NCBI GenBank assembly: GCA_919902675.1
Contig: CAKKRH010000001.1
Location: 128,003 to 192,002, forward strand
Length of the DNA stretch: 64,000 nt
Direction: 5' to 3'
Source: Omnitrophica bacterium GWA2_41_15
GTDB taxonomy: Bacteria > Omnitrophota > Gorgyraeia > Gygaellales > UBA12090
Part shown: positions 36,678-45,511 of the stretch, piece by piece
How the letters are laid out: each line of letters begins with the position of its first letter
Position numbering within the stretch: position 1 is the first letter of the stretch
Notes under the pieces: model-generated
What the model was told of the DNA's origin: nothing
The model's database searches: none
What the model saw: only the letters and a program-made list of their open reading frames with translations
Translations under genes and position numbers: made by a program

Positions 36678-37187
36678 ATGAAGTGCATTTACTGCGGGCA
36701 TCTGGAGGATAAGGTAATTGACTCGCGCCTGAGCGCCGAAGGCAATTCCGTGAGGAGGAGGCGGGAGTGCCTTAAGTGCGAGAGGCGTTTTACTACCTAC
36801 GAATATGTTGAACAGATACCGCTTTTAGTGGTTAAAAAAGACGCCAGGAGGGAGTCTTATGACCGCAACAAAATTCTCTCCGGCATCATTAAGGCCTGCG
36901 AGAAGCGCCCGGTAAGTATCCAGAAGATTGAGGATATGGTTACCTCCATTGAGCGGGTTATGATGCGTAAATACGAGAAAGAAATACCCTCGGCGGTAAT
37001 CGGCGAGCTGATTATGGAAAAATTGGCCGGCGTTGATGATGTGGCTTATGTGCGCTTCGCTTCGGTATACCGGCAGTTTAAGGATGTGAATCAGTTTATG
37101 AGCGAGTTAAAGGATATATTAGGAAAGGATGTAAAAAAGGAAGGTAAGGCAGTACCATCCAAGCCTAAGGCCAAGTCCCGGAGATAG
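36678..37187 (+). CDS. nrdR: Transcriptional repressor NrdR
   Basis: MKCIYCGHLEDKVIDSR zinc ribbon, RRRECLKCERRFTTYE, and ATP-cone domain. Start moved to ATG 36678. Confidence 0.92.
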   Translation: MKCIYCGHLEDKVIDSRLSAEGNSVRRRRECLKCERRFTTYEYVEQIPLLVVKKDARRESYDRNKILSGIIKACEKRPVSIQKIEDMVTSIERVMMRKYEKEIPSAVIGELIMEKLAGVDDVAYVRFASVYRQFKDVNQFMSELKDILGKDVKKEGKAVPSKPKAKSRR

Positions 37188-37189
37188 TT

Positions 37190-37591
37190 ATGATTGAGAT
37201 GGAGTTAAATAAAATTATCATTGATGAAAAGCGCCAGGATCAGGTGATTGTCTTAAAGGAGAAAAACGGAACCAAAACCCTTACCATCGTTATAGGCTTA
37301 ATTGAGGCCTCCAGCATTAAGATGAAGCTTGCCGGAATCAAGGCTCCCCGTCCTTTAACCCATGATCTTCTGTATTCCATAATTGAAGGTCTTAAAGTTA
37401 AGGTTGAGAAAATAACCATTGATAAATTAGAGAATAATACCTTTTACGCCAAGATATTCATCGCCTCCGAGAATCAGGAAATCAGGATAATTGACGCCCG
37501 TCCTTCGGATTCAATCGCCCTGGCCGTGCGCGCCAAAGCCCCTATCTTCGTTGAGGAAGAGGTTTTGGAACAGTCCGCCAAGTATACATAA
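37190..37591 (+). CDS. Bifunctional nuclease family protein (DUF151)
   Basis: IGLIEASSI, PRPLTHDLL and DARPSDSIALAVR motifs. Confidence 0.7.
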   Translation: MIEMELNKIIIDEKRQDQVIVLKEKNGTKTLTIVIGLIEASSIKMKLAGIKAPRPLTHDLLYSIIEGLKVKVEKITIDKLENNTFYAKIFIASENQEIRIIDARPSDSIALAVRAKAPIFVEEEVLEQSAKYT

Positions 37592-37604
37592 ACCTTCCTT
37601 ACTT

Positions 37605-39086
37605 ATGGATGCTATCCTTAAGGAAATCAGGGCAAACCCTTACCTGAAGTTAATTACCCGCCAGCTCAATAAATATCCTCAAGAATCTTATCTGGTCGGC
37701 GGATACCCGCGCGACCTGTTTCTAAAAAGAAAAAAAGAAGTTTTTGATTTTGATTTCGCGCTTTCCTCGGACGCGGTAAAGATTGGCCGGGAAATCGCTA
37801 AAAGCCTCAAAAGCGGATTTGTGGTTTTAGACAAAGAGCACGGTTCCTGCCGGATGGTGTATAACAAAGGCGGACAATCCTGCAATTTTGATTTTACCGA
37901 TTTTCGTGGTTCGTCCGCCTCTACCATAGGCGGCGGGGATATTCTTACCGACCTTTCTCTCAGGGATTTTACCATAAACAGCTTAGGCCTGGATTTGAGG
38001 GCGTTGGGTAAGGCTAAAAATATTAAGGATGTTCTTATTGATAAATATGGAGCGATAAAGGATATAAAAAGCGGAAACATCCGGGTAGTCTCGGATTCCA
38101 GCCTTAGGGACGATCCTTTAAGGATTTTGCGGGCCTACTCCTTAAGCGCGGTCCTGGATTTTAAGATTGAGCCGAAAACCAGGAGTCTGATTAAAAAATA
38201 TAAAGATAAAATCACCTCTTCAGCCTATGAGCGTATAAGCGAGGAATTATTCAAGATTCTAAATTCTAAAAAGGCCTTTATCGCTTTTAAAGATATGGAT
38301 GATTCCGGGGTTTTGGATAAGATTATCCCCGAGATAAAATCTATGCGCAAGGTTAATCAGGGGCCGTATCATCACCTGGATGTTTACCGGCATTGTTTTG
38401 AGGCGCTAAGGCAGATCGAGAGGCTTTTTGAGGAATTAAAAAGATATGGCGACATTCAGTCTTTTCTCAACCGGATCGTATCCGGAACTCACACCAAAAG
38501 AGCCCTGCTTAAGTTCAGCGCCTTCCTGCATGATATCGGAAAACCGGTTTCCAGGGAGCGCATTAAAGATAAGATTTGTTTTCACGGCCATGAAAGGACC
38601 GGGCGCAATATCGTCAGGGGTATTGCCGAGCGCCTGAGGCTTTCTAACGACGAAAGAAACGCCCTGGATAAAATTATCTTCTGGCATCTGCGCCCCGGGT
38701 ATCTGGCTGATCTTAAGGATTTAAGCCGCCGGGCAGTATACAGATTTTTCCGGGATACCCAGAATGAAGCGGTAAGCGTGCTTTTGCTCTCAATCGCCGA
38801 CCAGCGCTCAACCCGGGGTCCTTTAACCCGGGGGGCAAACCGCAAGCACCATGAAGAGGTCTGTTTGGCCCTGGTAAGGGATTTCTTTAAGAAGTCCAAA
38901 GAAAAGAAGCTTGTTAAATTGCTTGATGGTAATGACTTGATCGCGGAATTCAAGCTTGAGCCCGGCCCTATAATCGGGAAGCTCCTGGCCGCCGTTGAGG
39001 AGGCCCATGCTGTCGGAGACGTCCGCGATAAGGCCCAGGCCCTGGCCCTGGCTAAAAAGCTTCTGAATAAAGAAAGGCGGAAATGA
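37605..39086 (+). CDS. CCA-adding enzyme / poly(A) polymerase family nucleotidyltransferase with HD domain
   Basis: VGGYPRDLFL and DFDFA (DxD) head motifs, RDFTINS, LRILRA, and HD motif FLHDIGKP. Start at ATG 37605. Confidence 0.82.
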   Translation: MDAILKEIRANPYLKLITRQLNKYPQESYLVGGYPRDLFLKRKKEVFDFDFALSSDAVKIGREIAKSLKSGFVVLDKEHGSCRMVYNKGGQSCNFDFTDFRGSSASTIGGGDILTDLSLRDFTINSLGLDLRALGKAKNIKDVLIDKYGAIKDIKSGNIRVVSDSSLRDDPLRILRAYSLSAVLDFKIEPKTRSLIKKYKDKITSSAYERISEELFKILNSKKAFIAFKDMDDSGVLDKIIPEIKSMRKVNQGPYHHLDVYRHCFEALRQIERLFEELKRYGDIQSFLNRIVSGTHTKRALLKFSAFLHDIGKPVSRERIKDKICFHGHERTGRNIVRGIAERLRLSNDERNALDKIIFWHLRPGYLADLKDLSRRAVYRFFRDTQNEAVSVLLLSIADQRSTRGPLTRGANRKHHEEVCLALVRDFFKKSKEKKLVKLLDGNDLIAEFKLEPGPIIGKLLAAVEEAHAVGDVRDKAQALALAKKLLNKERRK

Positions 39087-39304
39087 GGGCATTTCTCACG
39101 GGGTTGGCATTTCTGGCTGCGGCAGCGATATTGGCTGGCATCGGGTTTATGTTATTACCGCTTCTGGTATTGATGGGTTTACTTTTAAGGTTTCTTCTGG
39201 TGTGCGTATTCGTTATCGGCGGTATCTGGCTTTTGGGCAAGCTGATAATTTTTATCTGGGGGAAATTGAATCAGCAAAATAATTCGCGTTCTCACGAAAA
39301 CTGA
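39083..39304 (+). CDS. Small hypothetical membrane protein
   Basis: 73-aa ORF with two predicted TM helices; start overlaps the preceding stop (ATGA). Confidence 0.4.
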   Translation: MRAFLTGLAFLAAAAILAGIGFMLLPLLVLMGLLLRFLLVCVFVIGGIWLLGKLIIFIWGKLNQQNNSRSHEN

Positions 39305-39308
39305 ACCA

Positions 39309-40271
39309 ATGTTTATAAGAAATACCGAGATAAGGATAATCCAGGGAGATATTACCGAAATTGAGGCTGAGGCAATTGTCAACGCCGCCAATAACCGGCT
39401 TTTGATGGGCGGCGGGGCGGCGGGCGCGATTAAGAAAAAAGGCGGCAAGATTATTGAGGACGAGGCAGTTAAAAAAGGGCCGATAGAAATCGGCGCGGCA
39501 ATATCCGGCCCTGCCGGGAAGCTGAAGGCAAAATATGTTATCCATGCCGCGACTATGGGTATGGATTTTAAGACCGATGAGGCAAAGATCCGCCTGGCCT
39601 CTCGCAGCTCTTTAAAAGAAGCTGAAAGATTAAAAGTCAGCTCTATCGCTTTTCCCGCGCTGGGTTGCGGGGTGGGCGGGTTTCCCGAGATTGGCTCGGC
39701 CAAGATTATGGCCCAGGAAATATTCCGGCACCTCTGGTTTGATTGCCCGGGCAGTCATTTAAAGGAAATAACCTTTGTCCTTTTCGATAAGCCCGCTTAC
39801 GCCGCCTTTAATAAAAATGTGCTAAGTTATCTGGAATATATTATTCATAAAATTCAACAAGGGCCGTTTATTACCGTAGACATAATAATTGAGCTTCCGG
39901 AAGGGATTGTGCTGATCGAGCGCTCCAATCCTCCTTATGGCTGGGCTATTCCCGGAGGATTTCTGGATTATAACGAGAGCTTAGAAGACTGCGCGGCGCG
40001 TGAGGCTAAGGAGGAGACATCGCTGGAGGTCTATGATTTAAAGCAGATGCATACTTACTCAAGGCCTGGACGAGACCCCCGCTTTCACACGGTAACCACG
40101 GTATTCACGGCTAAAGCTAAAGGTGAGCCCCAGGCCGGCTCCGATGCCGCCAATCTTAAGGTGGTAGGGCCGGAGGACGCGTCAAAACTTAACCTGGCTT
40201 TTGATCATAAGCAGGTTATTTCAGATTATTTGATGGTCAGAAAAGAATATCAGATGCGGCGACAAAGTTGA
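39309..40271 (+). CDS. Macro domain (ADP-ribose binding/hydrolase) fused to a NUDIX hydrolase
   Basis: IIQGDITEIEAEAIVNAANNRLLMGGGAAGAI and AFPALGCGVGG (macro). GGFLDYNESLEDCAAREAKEETSL (Nudix box). Confidence 0.82.
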   Translation: MFIRNTEIRIIQGDITEIEAEAIVNAANNRLLMGGGAAGAIKKKGGKIIEDEAVKKGPIEIGAAISGPAGKLKAKYVIHAATMGMDFKTDEAKIRLASRSSLKEAERLKVSSIAFPALGCGVGGFPEIGSAKIMAQEIFRHLWFDCPGSHLKEITFVLFDKPAYAAFNKNVLSYLEYIIHKIQQGPFITVDIIIELPEGIVLIERSNPPYGWAIPGGFLDYNESLEDCAAREAKEETSLEVYDLKQMHTYSRPGRDPRFHTVTTVFTAKAKGEPQAGSDAANLKVVGPEDASKLNLAFDHKQVISDYLMVRKEYQMRRQS

Positions 40272-40361
40272 GGTATTATGCGGTACAAATCGCAAAGATG
40301 GCCAATTTTGTGATGTCGGAAGGTGAATTCTTAGGGAATACAAATTCCCGCAAATTTCTCC

Positions 40362-40392
40362 TTGACAAAGGTTAGCAAATTTGCTAACCTTT
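40362..40392 (+). promoter_or_regulatory. Promoter -35 box plus perfect 26-nt palindromic operator of the TA module
   Basis: TTGACA at 40362-40367, overlapping AAAGGTTAGCAAA|TTTGCTAACCTTT (40367-40392). Confidence 0.6.
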
Positions 40393-40408
40393 GTGTGAGA
40401 GGCGATGT

Positions 40409-40816
40409 GTGGCAATTCCAAAGAAAGAAGAATACATTTTCTATCAGGGAGAGAAGTTTCAAGTAGAGTTTTATTTTACTGTGGCAGGAAAGATGCCTGC
40501 TAAAGAGTGTTTGGAAGAGACGGCTTTAGATGTAAAAGTAAAACTGGCTACTCTGGTAAAATATATGGCAGAGCAGGGCAAGATTTTCGATATAACAAAA
40601 TTTAGAGTGGTGGATTCTAAAGAAAAAATCTATGAGTTTAAGCCTTTGCAATATCGTTTTTTTAATTTTTTCTATGAAGGAAGAAAAATAATCATTACCA
40701 GCGGCTATATGAAAAAATCTCAAAAGGTGAGTGGAAAAGATTTAGAAAGAGCCAGAGAGATAAAGAGAGATTATGTTTATAGAGTAAAAGGGGGTAGTTA
40801 TTATGGAAAAGAATAA
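40409..40816 (+). CDS. Type II toxin, RelE/ParE superfamily (Gp49/HigB-like)
   Basis: KIYEFKPLQYRFFNFFYEGRKIIITSGYMKKSQK is typical of the Gp49-like family. GTG 40409 behind GAGAGG chosen as start. Confidence 0.75.
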   Translation: MAIPKKEEYIFYQGEKFQVEFYFTVAGKMPAKECLEETALDVKVKLATLVKYMAEQGKIFDITKFRVVDSKEKIYEFKPLQYRFFNFFYEGRKIIITSGYMKKSQKVSGKDLERAREIKRDYVYRVKGGSYYGKE

Positions 40817-41120
40817 AACATATATGGATAAGTTAATGACCGAAAAAGATTTTCGGGAAAAGTTTGATCAGAAATACCAGAATCTTTGTATCGCGGAGCA
40901 GATTGCCCAGGCGCGTCATCAGGCGCATTTAACTCAATCCGAGCTGGCTAAGCGAATCCATACCACTAAATCGGCTATCTCTCGTTATGAAAGCGCTGAT
41001 TACGATAAATACGGGATTACACTCTTAACTAGAATTGCCAAGGCCTGTGGAGCAGATTTAAAAATAATTTTTGTTACTTCTAAGCATATAAAGAATGGCC
41101 ATCGTTTTGCTGCCGTTTAA
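40803..41120 (+). CDS. XRE-family HTH antitoxin (HigA-like)
   Basis: HLTQSELAKRIHTTKSAISRYES helix-turn-helix. Overlaps the toxin stop by 14 nt. Confidence 0.78.
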   Translation: MEKNKTYMDKLMTEKDFREKFDQKYQNLCIAEQIAQARHQAHLTQSELAKRIHTTKSAISRYESADYDKYGITLLTRIAKACGADLKIIFVTSKHIKNGHRFAAV

Positions 41121-41204
41121 TGTTTACCGAGAAGGCTAGGCGAAAAGAGGTTAGAGTGGAATTCCTCTAATAAAGTGGACACTTTTTAAAATGGGGGAGG
41201 TAAT

Positions 41205-42248
41205 ATGCTACGATATTTAACCGCGGGTGAGTCGCACGGGGAGGCCTTGATGGCTATTTTGGAAGGCTTGCCTGGAGGATTAAGGGTTGATAAGCAAAGA
41301 ATTGACCAGGATTTAGCCCGCAGGCAGGCAGGCTACGGCCGGGGGGAACGGATGCGCCTTGAAAGCGATAAGGCTGAGATTCTCTGTGGCTTGCATAAGG
41401 GCAAGACCATTGCCAGTCCTGTAGGGATCTTAATTAGAAACAAGGATTTCAGCTTAGACAGGCAGGCGGAGATTCTTAATCCCCGCCCTGGGCACGCGGA
41501 TTTGGCCGGGTTGTTAAAATATGGTTTTTCCGGAGCCCGGCCGGTTTTAGAAAGGGCCTCAGCCCGCTCAACTGCCGCGGTGGTGGCAGTGGGCGCGATA
41601 GGTAAGATTTTCTTAGATGAATTTGCTATTGAGATTAGCTCCCGGGTTTTAAATATCGGCGGTAAAACTACTGAAAATGAAAGGCGTAAGGCAATTGACG
41701 CGGCTAAAAGCAAAGGAGACAGCTTAGGGGGTGTATTTGAGTTAATTATTAAAGGTGTGCCTTGCGGCTTAGGCAGTTATGTTCAATTTGACCGGCGTTT
41801 GAATGCCCGTTTATCTTACGCATTGATGTCCATTCCCGGAATCAAGGCGGTTGAAATCGGCCTGGGTTTTGGTTATGGCTATAAATCCGGTTCTCAGGCG
41901 CATGATGTAATCTGTTATTCTAAAGACAAAGGTTATTACCGCAAGACCAACAACGCCGGAGGCATCGAAGGCGGCATTTCCAACGGAGAGGATATAGTTA
42001 TCCGTTGTTGTATGAAGCCGATTGCCACCTTAGCTAAGCCCTTAGCCTCGGTAGATATAAAAACCAAAAAGGCTGTCTTGGCCTCTATCCAGCGCGCCGA
42101 CACCTGCGCGGTGGAGGCCGCCGGGGTGGTGGCGGAGGCAGTCTCAGCCCTGGAAATAGCCGATTGTCTGTTGGAGAAATTTGGCGGGGATTGTTTAGCG
42201 GATATTAAACAAGCCTTTCGTGCTTACCTCAAAAGAATTAGTCAATAG
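41205..42248 (+). CDS. aroC: Chorismate synthase
   Basis: MLRYLTAGESHG, GRGERMR, RPGHADL, SARSTA and NNAGGIEGGISNG motifs. Confidence 0.93.
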   Translation: MLRYLTAGESHGEALMAILEGLPGGLRVDKQRIDQDLARRQAGYGRGERMRLESDKAEILCGLHKGKTIASPVGILIRNKDFSLDRQAEILNPRPGHADLAGLLKYGFSGARPVLERASARSTAAVVAVGAIGKIFLDEFAIEISSRVLNIGGKTTENERRKAIDAAKSKGDSLGGVFELIIKGVPCGLGSYVQFDRRLNARLSYALMSIPGIKAVEIGLGFGYGYKSGSQAHDVICYSKDKGYYRKTNNAGGIEGGISNGEDIVIRCCMKPIATLAKPLASVDIKTKKAVLASIQRADTCAVEAAGVVAEAVSALEIADCLLEKFGGDCLADIKQAFRAYLKRISQ

Positions 42249-42816
42249 ATGCGTCAATAAGGACAAGCCCGCCTGGAGTGAATTTGTCGTGCGCTTTCGC
42301 CCCATAGTCGAGAGATCTGTCCGCGCCAGGCTCACCCGCCATAATTTTTCCCACACCGCCGAAGACATAAAAGACATTACCCAGGGAATATTCCTGGACA
42401 TCTGGGAAAATAACAAATTAGCCTTAGTTAAGGATGAAGATAGAATCACTGGCTGGCTGGCAGTTGTTTCTCAAAATGCCGCGATTGATTATATTCGTTC
42501 CCAGGCAAAATTTAACCGCCAGCGCTCGGTTTGCGTTGATGAAGACGGCACATTAAATGATATCTTGAATATCCTGCCTTCAGAAATCAGCCTTTCCCGG
42601 GAATTAGCCAAAGAAGACTTAACTGAAGCTGTGGATAAATTAATCGAGGTTCTGGAACCCAGAGAGAAGTTGATCTTAAGGCTGAATATCCAGCATAATC
42701 AGACTCATAAGGAAATCGCGGACTTCTTAAATATCCCGCTTAACACCGTTTCCAGCATCCTGCGCCGGACAATGATTAGCCTTAGGGAGAATTTGAAGAA
42801 AAAGGGATATACCTAA
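42220..42816 (+). CDS. ECF-type RNA polymerase sigma factor
   Basis: Region 2 (FVVRFRPIV, DITQGIFLDIWE, WLAVVSQNAAIDYIR) and region 4 HTH (HKEIADFLNIPLNTVSSILRR). GTG start overlaps the aroC end. Confidence 0.85.
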   Translation: MLTSKELVNRCVNKDKPAWSEFVVRFRPIVERSVRARLTRHNFSHTAEDIKDITQGIFLDIWENNKLALVKDEDRITGWLAVVSQNAAIDYIRSQAKFNRQRSVCVDEDGTLNDILNILPSEISLSRELAKEDLTEAVDKLIEVLEPREKLILRLNIQHNQTHKEIADFLNIPLNTVSSILRRTMISLRENLKKKGYT

Positions 42817-42826
42817 AGAATATTTT

Positions 42827-42853
42827 TGCACGAAAACAGCCGGTTCTTACGTC
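42827..42853 (+). promoter_or_regulatory. ECF-like promoter motif, copy 1 (TGCACG-N17-CGTC) within a ~55-nt repeated segment
   Basis: TGCACG 42827-42832, 17-nt spacer, CGTC 42850-42853. Upstream of the anti-sigma gene. Duplicated at 43320-43346. Confidence 0.45.
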
Positions 42854-42873
42854 TTAATAAGTAGGGAGGAAAT

Positions 42874-43332
42874 ATGCCGGATTTAACCAAGATAATTAAA
42901 AATGGCTTTAGCCGCGCCTCATGCGGCCTTAAAAAGACTCCGCAGTGTCCGTCAGAGCTGGAACTGGGTAAATATTTGGATAAGTCCGCCTCTGTCAGCC
43001 AGAAAGAGAAAATTGAAAGGCATCTGGCGGACTGCGGCTATTGCTTAGATTTATTAGTTACGGCTAAAGAGGCGTTGAAGGATTTCTCAACGAAGCCAAA
43101 TATTCTCCGGGCTCTAAAACAACAGAAGTGGTTTATCTTAAGTATGTTGAGCCTGGGAATGTCCTTCTTTATCAAAAAGTATTTCTTTCAATTCCTCACC
43201 CTTAGCCTTATCTTTGGCCTTAAGTGGGCCCTTGGTGCCGAAGGCAGCCGGAACCTGGTAATGATTTTCCGCAGCCTGGGCCAAAAAGATACCACGGATA
43301 GCGAAAAAGAAAATATTTTTGCACGAAAATAG
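42874..43332 (+). CDS. Anti-sigma factor (zf-HC2 type) with one TM segment
   Basis: HLADCGYCLDLL zinc-finger motif; hydrophobic segment WFILSMLSLGMSFFI; immediately downstream of the ECF sigma gene. Confidence 0.7.
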   Translation: MPDLTKIIKNGFSRASCGLKKTPQCPSELELGKYLDKSASVSQKEKIERHLADCGYCLDLLVTAKEALKDFSTKPNILRALKQQKWFILSMLSLGMSFFIKKYFFQFLTLSLIFGLKWALGAEGSRNLVMIFRSLGQKDTTDSEKENIFARK

Positions 43333-43346
43333 CCTCTTCTTACGTC
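43320..43346 (+). promoter_or_regulatory. ECF-like promoter motif, copy 2, upstream of spoVG
   Basis: TGCACG 43320-43325, 17-nt spacer, CGTC 43343-43346. Overlaps the last codons of the anti-sigma gene. Confidence 0.45.
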
Positions 43347-43468
43347 TATATAAGTAAGGACAGAAATTATGGTGAAGGTGTGGCCGTAGTTTGGATGTCC
43401 GAAACTTATCCCGCCGCTTTGCTTCGGGAAGCGAAGATACGGGATGCATTTGAGTAGGAGGTGGCAAG

Positions 43469-43732
43469 ATGGTAGAGGCAAGCGATATTCAGGTGGCTCG
43501 GCTCTTTAGGGTCGAGAAGGAAGGCAGTAAGCTTAAGGCCTTTGTGGATTTAGCCATAGGCGGCTGTCTTATCGTCAAAGGGTTCAAGGTGGTGGAAGGC
43601 GAAGAAGGCTTGTTTGTGGGTATGCCCAGCGAGCCAGGAAAAGACGGCAAGTGGTATGAGGTGGCAACCCCGCTAACCAAAGAAAAAAAGCAGGAGATAA
43701 GCGAGCTTATCCTCTCGGCCTATAAGGAATAA
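43469..43732 (+). CDS. spoVG: SpoVG family nucleic-acid-binding protein
   Basis: KLKAFVDLAIGGCLIVKGFKVVEGEEGLFVGMPS is typical of SpoVG. 87 aa. Confidence 0.88.
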   Translation: MVEASDIQVARLFRVEKEGSKLKAFVDLAIGGCLIVKGFKVVEGEEGLFVGMPSEPGKDGKWYEVATPLTKEKKQEISELILSAYKE

Positions 43733-43946
43733 ACAACAGGTTGCTTTATTTTAGTATTGGGGTAAAATAAACCATAAAGCAGGGATGGCCATAACAAGCT
43801 ATCCTTGCTTTATGGTGAAGAAAAATGGCGGATTGCCGCCAGATGAATTCTAAGCTAATCTTTTTGACAAAGAACAAAAACTCGGCCTCTGTTAATTTAG
43901 TCTAACTTAAGATTATAGACAGGGGGGGTCATCACACTTGAATAAT

Positions 43947-44681
43947 ATGAAACAACACGAAGCAGTAATAAGAATAATGGAGTAAAATGGTGGATTTGCG
44001 ACGCTTGGTTATCTTAATCAGCAAGTTTTGAAAGTGCCGGGCGTAGAGTGGAAGACGAAAACGCCTTTTGCGAGCATTCGCCGTATAGTCCAAGACGAGA
44101 GGTTTTTTTTCAAGATAAAGCCCGGACTATGGGCATTGCTTTTACACAAAGATAAGCTGCCACCAGAGATTTTCCCAACGAATATAGTTCCGAAATCAGA
44201 GCGAGAATTATTTAATCACAGCTATTATCAGGGATTGTTAGTGGAAATAGGCAATCTGAAGAAGTACGAGACTTTTGTACCAGGTCAGGATAAAAACAAA
44301 AGATTTCTCGGCAAGACATTAAGAGAAGTCAGCTCGCAAGAAAGTTTTTATCAATTCGGTTACGACCATATTGTAAGAAAAGCGAAAACCGTTGATGTTT
44401 GCTGGTTTAACGTCAGAAAAATGCCAAGCGTTCTCTTTGAAGTTGAACACTCAACGGATATTCAAAATTCGTTGCTGAAATTCGTCGAATTACAGGATTT
44501 CAACCCTAACTTTTTTATTGTCGCGGACAAGGCAAGAAAAGAAGAGTATCTTGGGAAACTTGCACTTAACGCATTTGTGCCGATAAAACAACGAGTCCAA
44601 TTTATGGACTATGACAAATTATCGGATTGGCATGCAAAAACTTTTGAAATTGTAAGCGTGGAAAATAATCTTACTTTTTAG
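43947..44681 (+). pseudogene. HARE-HTH-like N-terminal domain protein with a nuclease-like C-terminal domain, interrupted by an in-frame TAA at 43983-43985
   Basis: ATG 43947 gives MKQHEAVIRIME-stop-NGGFATLGYLNQQVLKVPGVEWKTKTPFASIRRIVQDERFFFKIKPGLWAL in one frame. The ORF track only picks up the part from 44028. Confidence 0.5.
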
Positions 44682-44682
44682 T

Positions 44683-44874
44683 ATGGAAATATCACTCTCG
44701 CCATTTTTTGCAAAACTAATTTTACGGCTCAATCCGTTTCGCCGTGTATTGGTGATGTGCAAAGGGTACAGCGAAGACTACGAAAATTTTACCGAACTAG
44801 GGTGGGAAGAAGATAAGCATTTGGATTTTTACGACAAAGAAATATATCCCGAATTCCAGCTATGGTTACGATAG
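44683..44874 (+). CDS. Hypothetical small protein
   Basis: 63-aa ORF starting 1 nt after the preceding stop. No recognisable motif. Confidence 0.25.
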   Translation: MEISLSPFFAKLILRLNPFRRVLVMCKGYSEDYENFTELGWEEDKHLDFYDKEIYPEFQLWLR

Positions 44875-45031
44875 TCAATTCGTTTTCTAAAAGCCGGGTT
44901 ATATTAAAAGAAGATGTCATTAAGGTTCAGCATAATTGTTAAACCACGAGATACTGGGGGCGCGTAAGAATTAAAGATACAAATTCAGCAATATTTAGGG
45001 CATTTGGATGTGGCAACGATATTGAAAAATT

Positions 45032-45511
45032 ATGGCAGAAAGAATAGTTAGCGCTAAAAGCTTAAAGAATAAAATCCTTAAGATTATCAAGGGAAGTAAA
45101 TTGGCCAGCTTTGCCACTATTGCTGATGGTAAGCCATGGGTAAGATATGTGGTTGCCCGCAGTGAAGGGTTAACCATCTATATCTGCACCTTTAAGGATT
45201 CGCGTAAGGTCCGGCAAATACAGAAAAACCCTAATGTGCATATTACTATTGGCGGGAGTATGGAGAATATGGAGGCTTCCTATGTCCAGATTGCGGCTTC
45301 TGCCAGGGTGCGCTCTGACGCCGGGATTAGAAAAAGACTCTGGGTGCCCTTTATGAAAAAATACTATACCGGCGTAGATGACCCTGAGTATGTGGTTATT
45401 GAGGCCAAGCCGATATTAATAGAGTATATGAGCGCGGAAACCCATACAGCGCAGATATATAAGGTTAGCCAGAAGGAGGCAGGCTTGACTTCAACCCGGA
45501 ATTTGCAATAG
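45032..45511 (+). CDS. Pyridoxamine 5'-phosphate oxidase-like FMN-binding protein (general stress protein 26-like)
   Basis: LASFATIADGKPWVRYV...VHITIG pattern of the PNPOx-like split-barrel family. Confidence 0.7.
   Translation: MAERIVSAKSLKNKILKIIKGSKLASFATIADGKPWVRYVVARSEGLTIYICTFKDSRKVRQIQKNPNVHITIGGSMENMEASYVQIAASARVRSDAGIRKRLWVPFMKKYYTGVDDPEYVVIEAKPILIEYMSAETHTAQIYKVSQKEAGLTSTRNLQ

Noticed and set aside
39185-39703. 172-aa minus-strand ORF overlapping the small membrane protein and macro domain genes
   Set aside because: The + strand encodes a clear macro domain. The minus-strand product is low-complexity Ala/Pro/Ile-rich.
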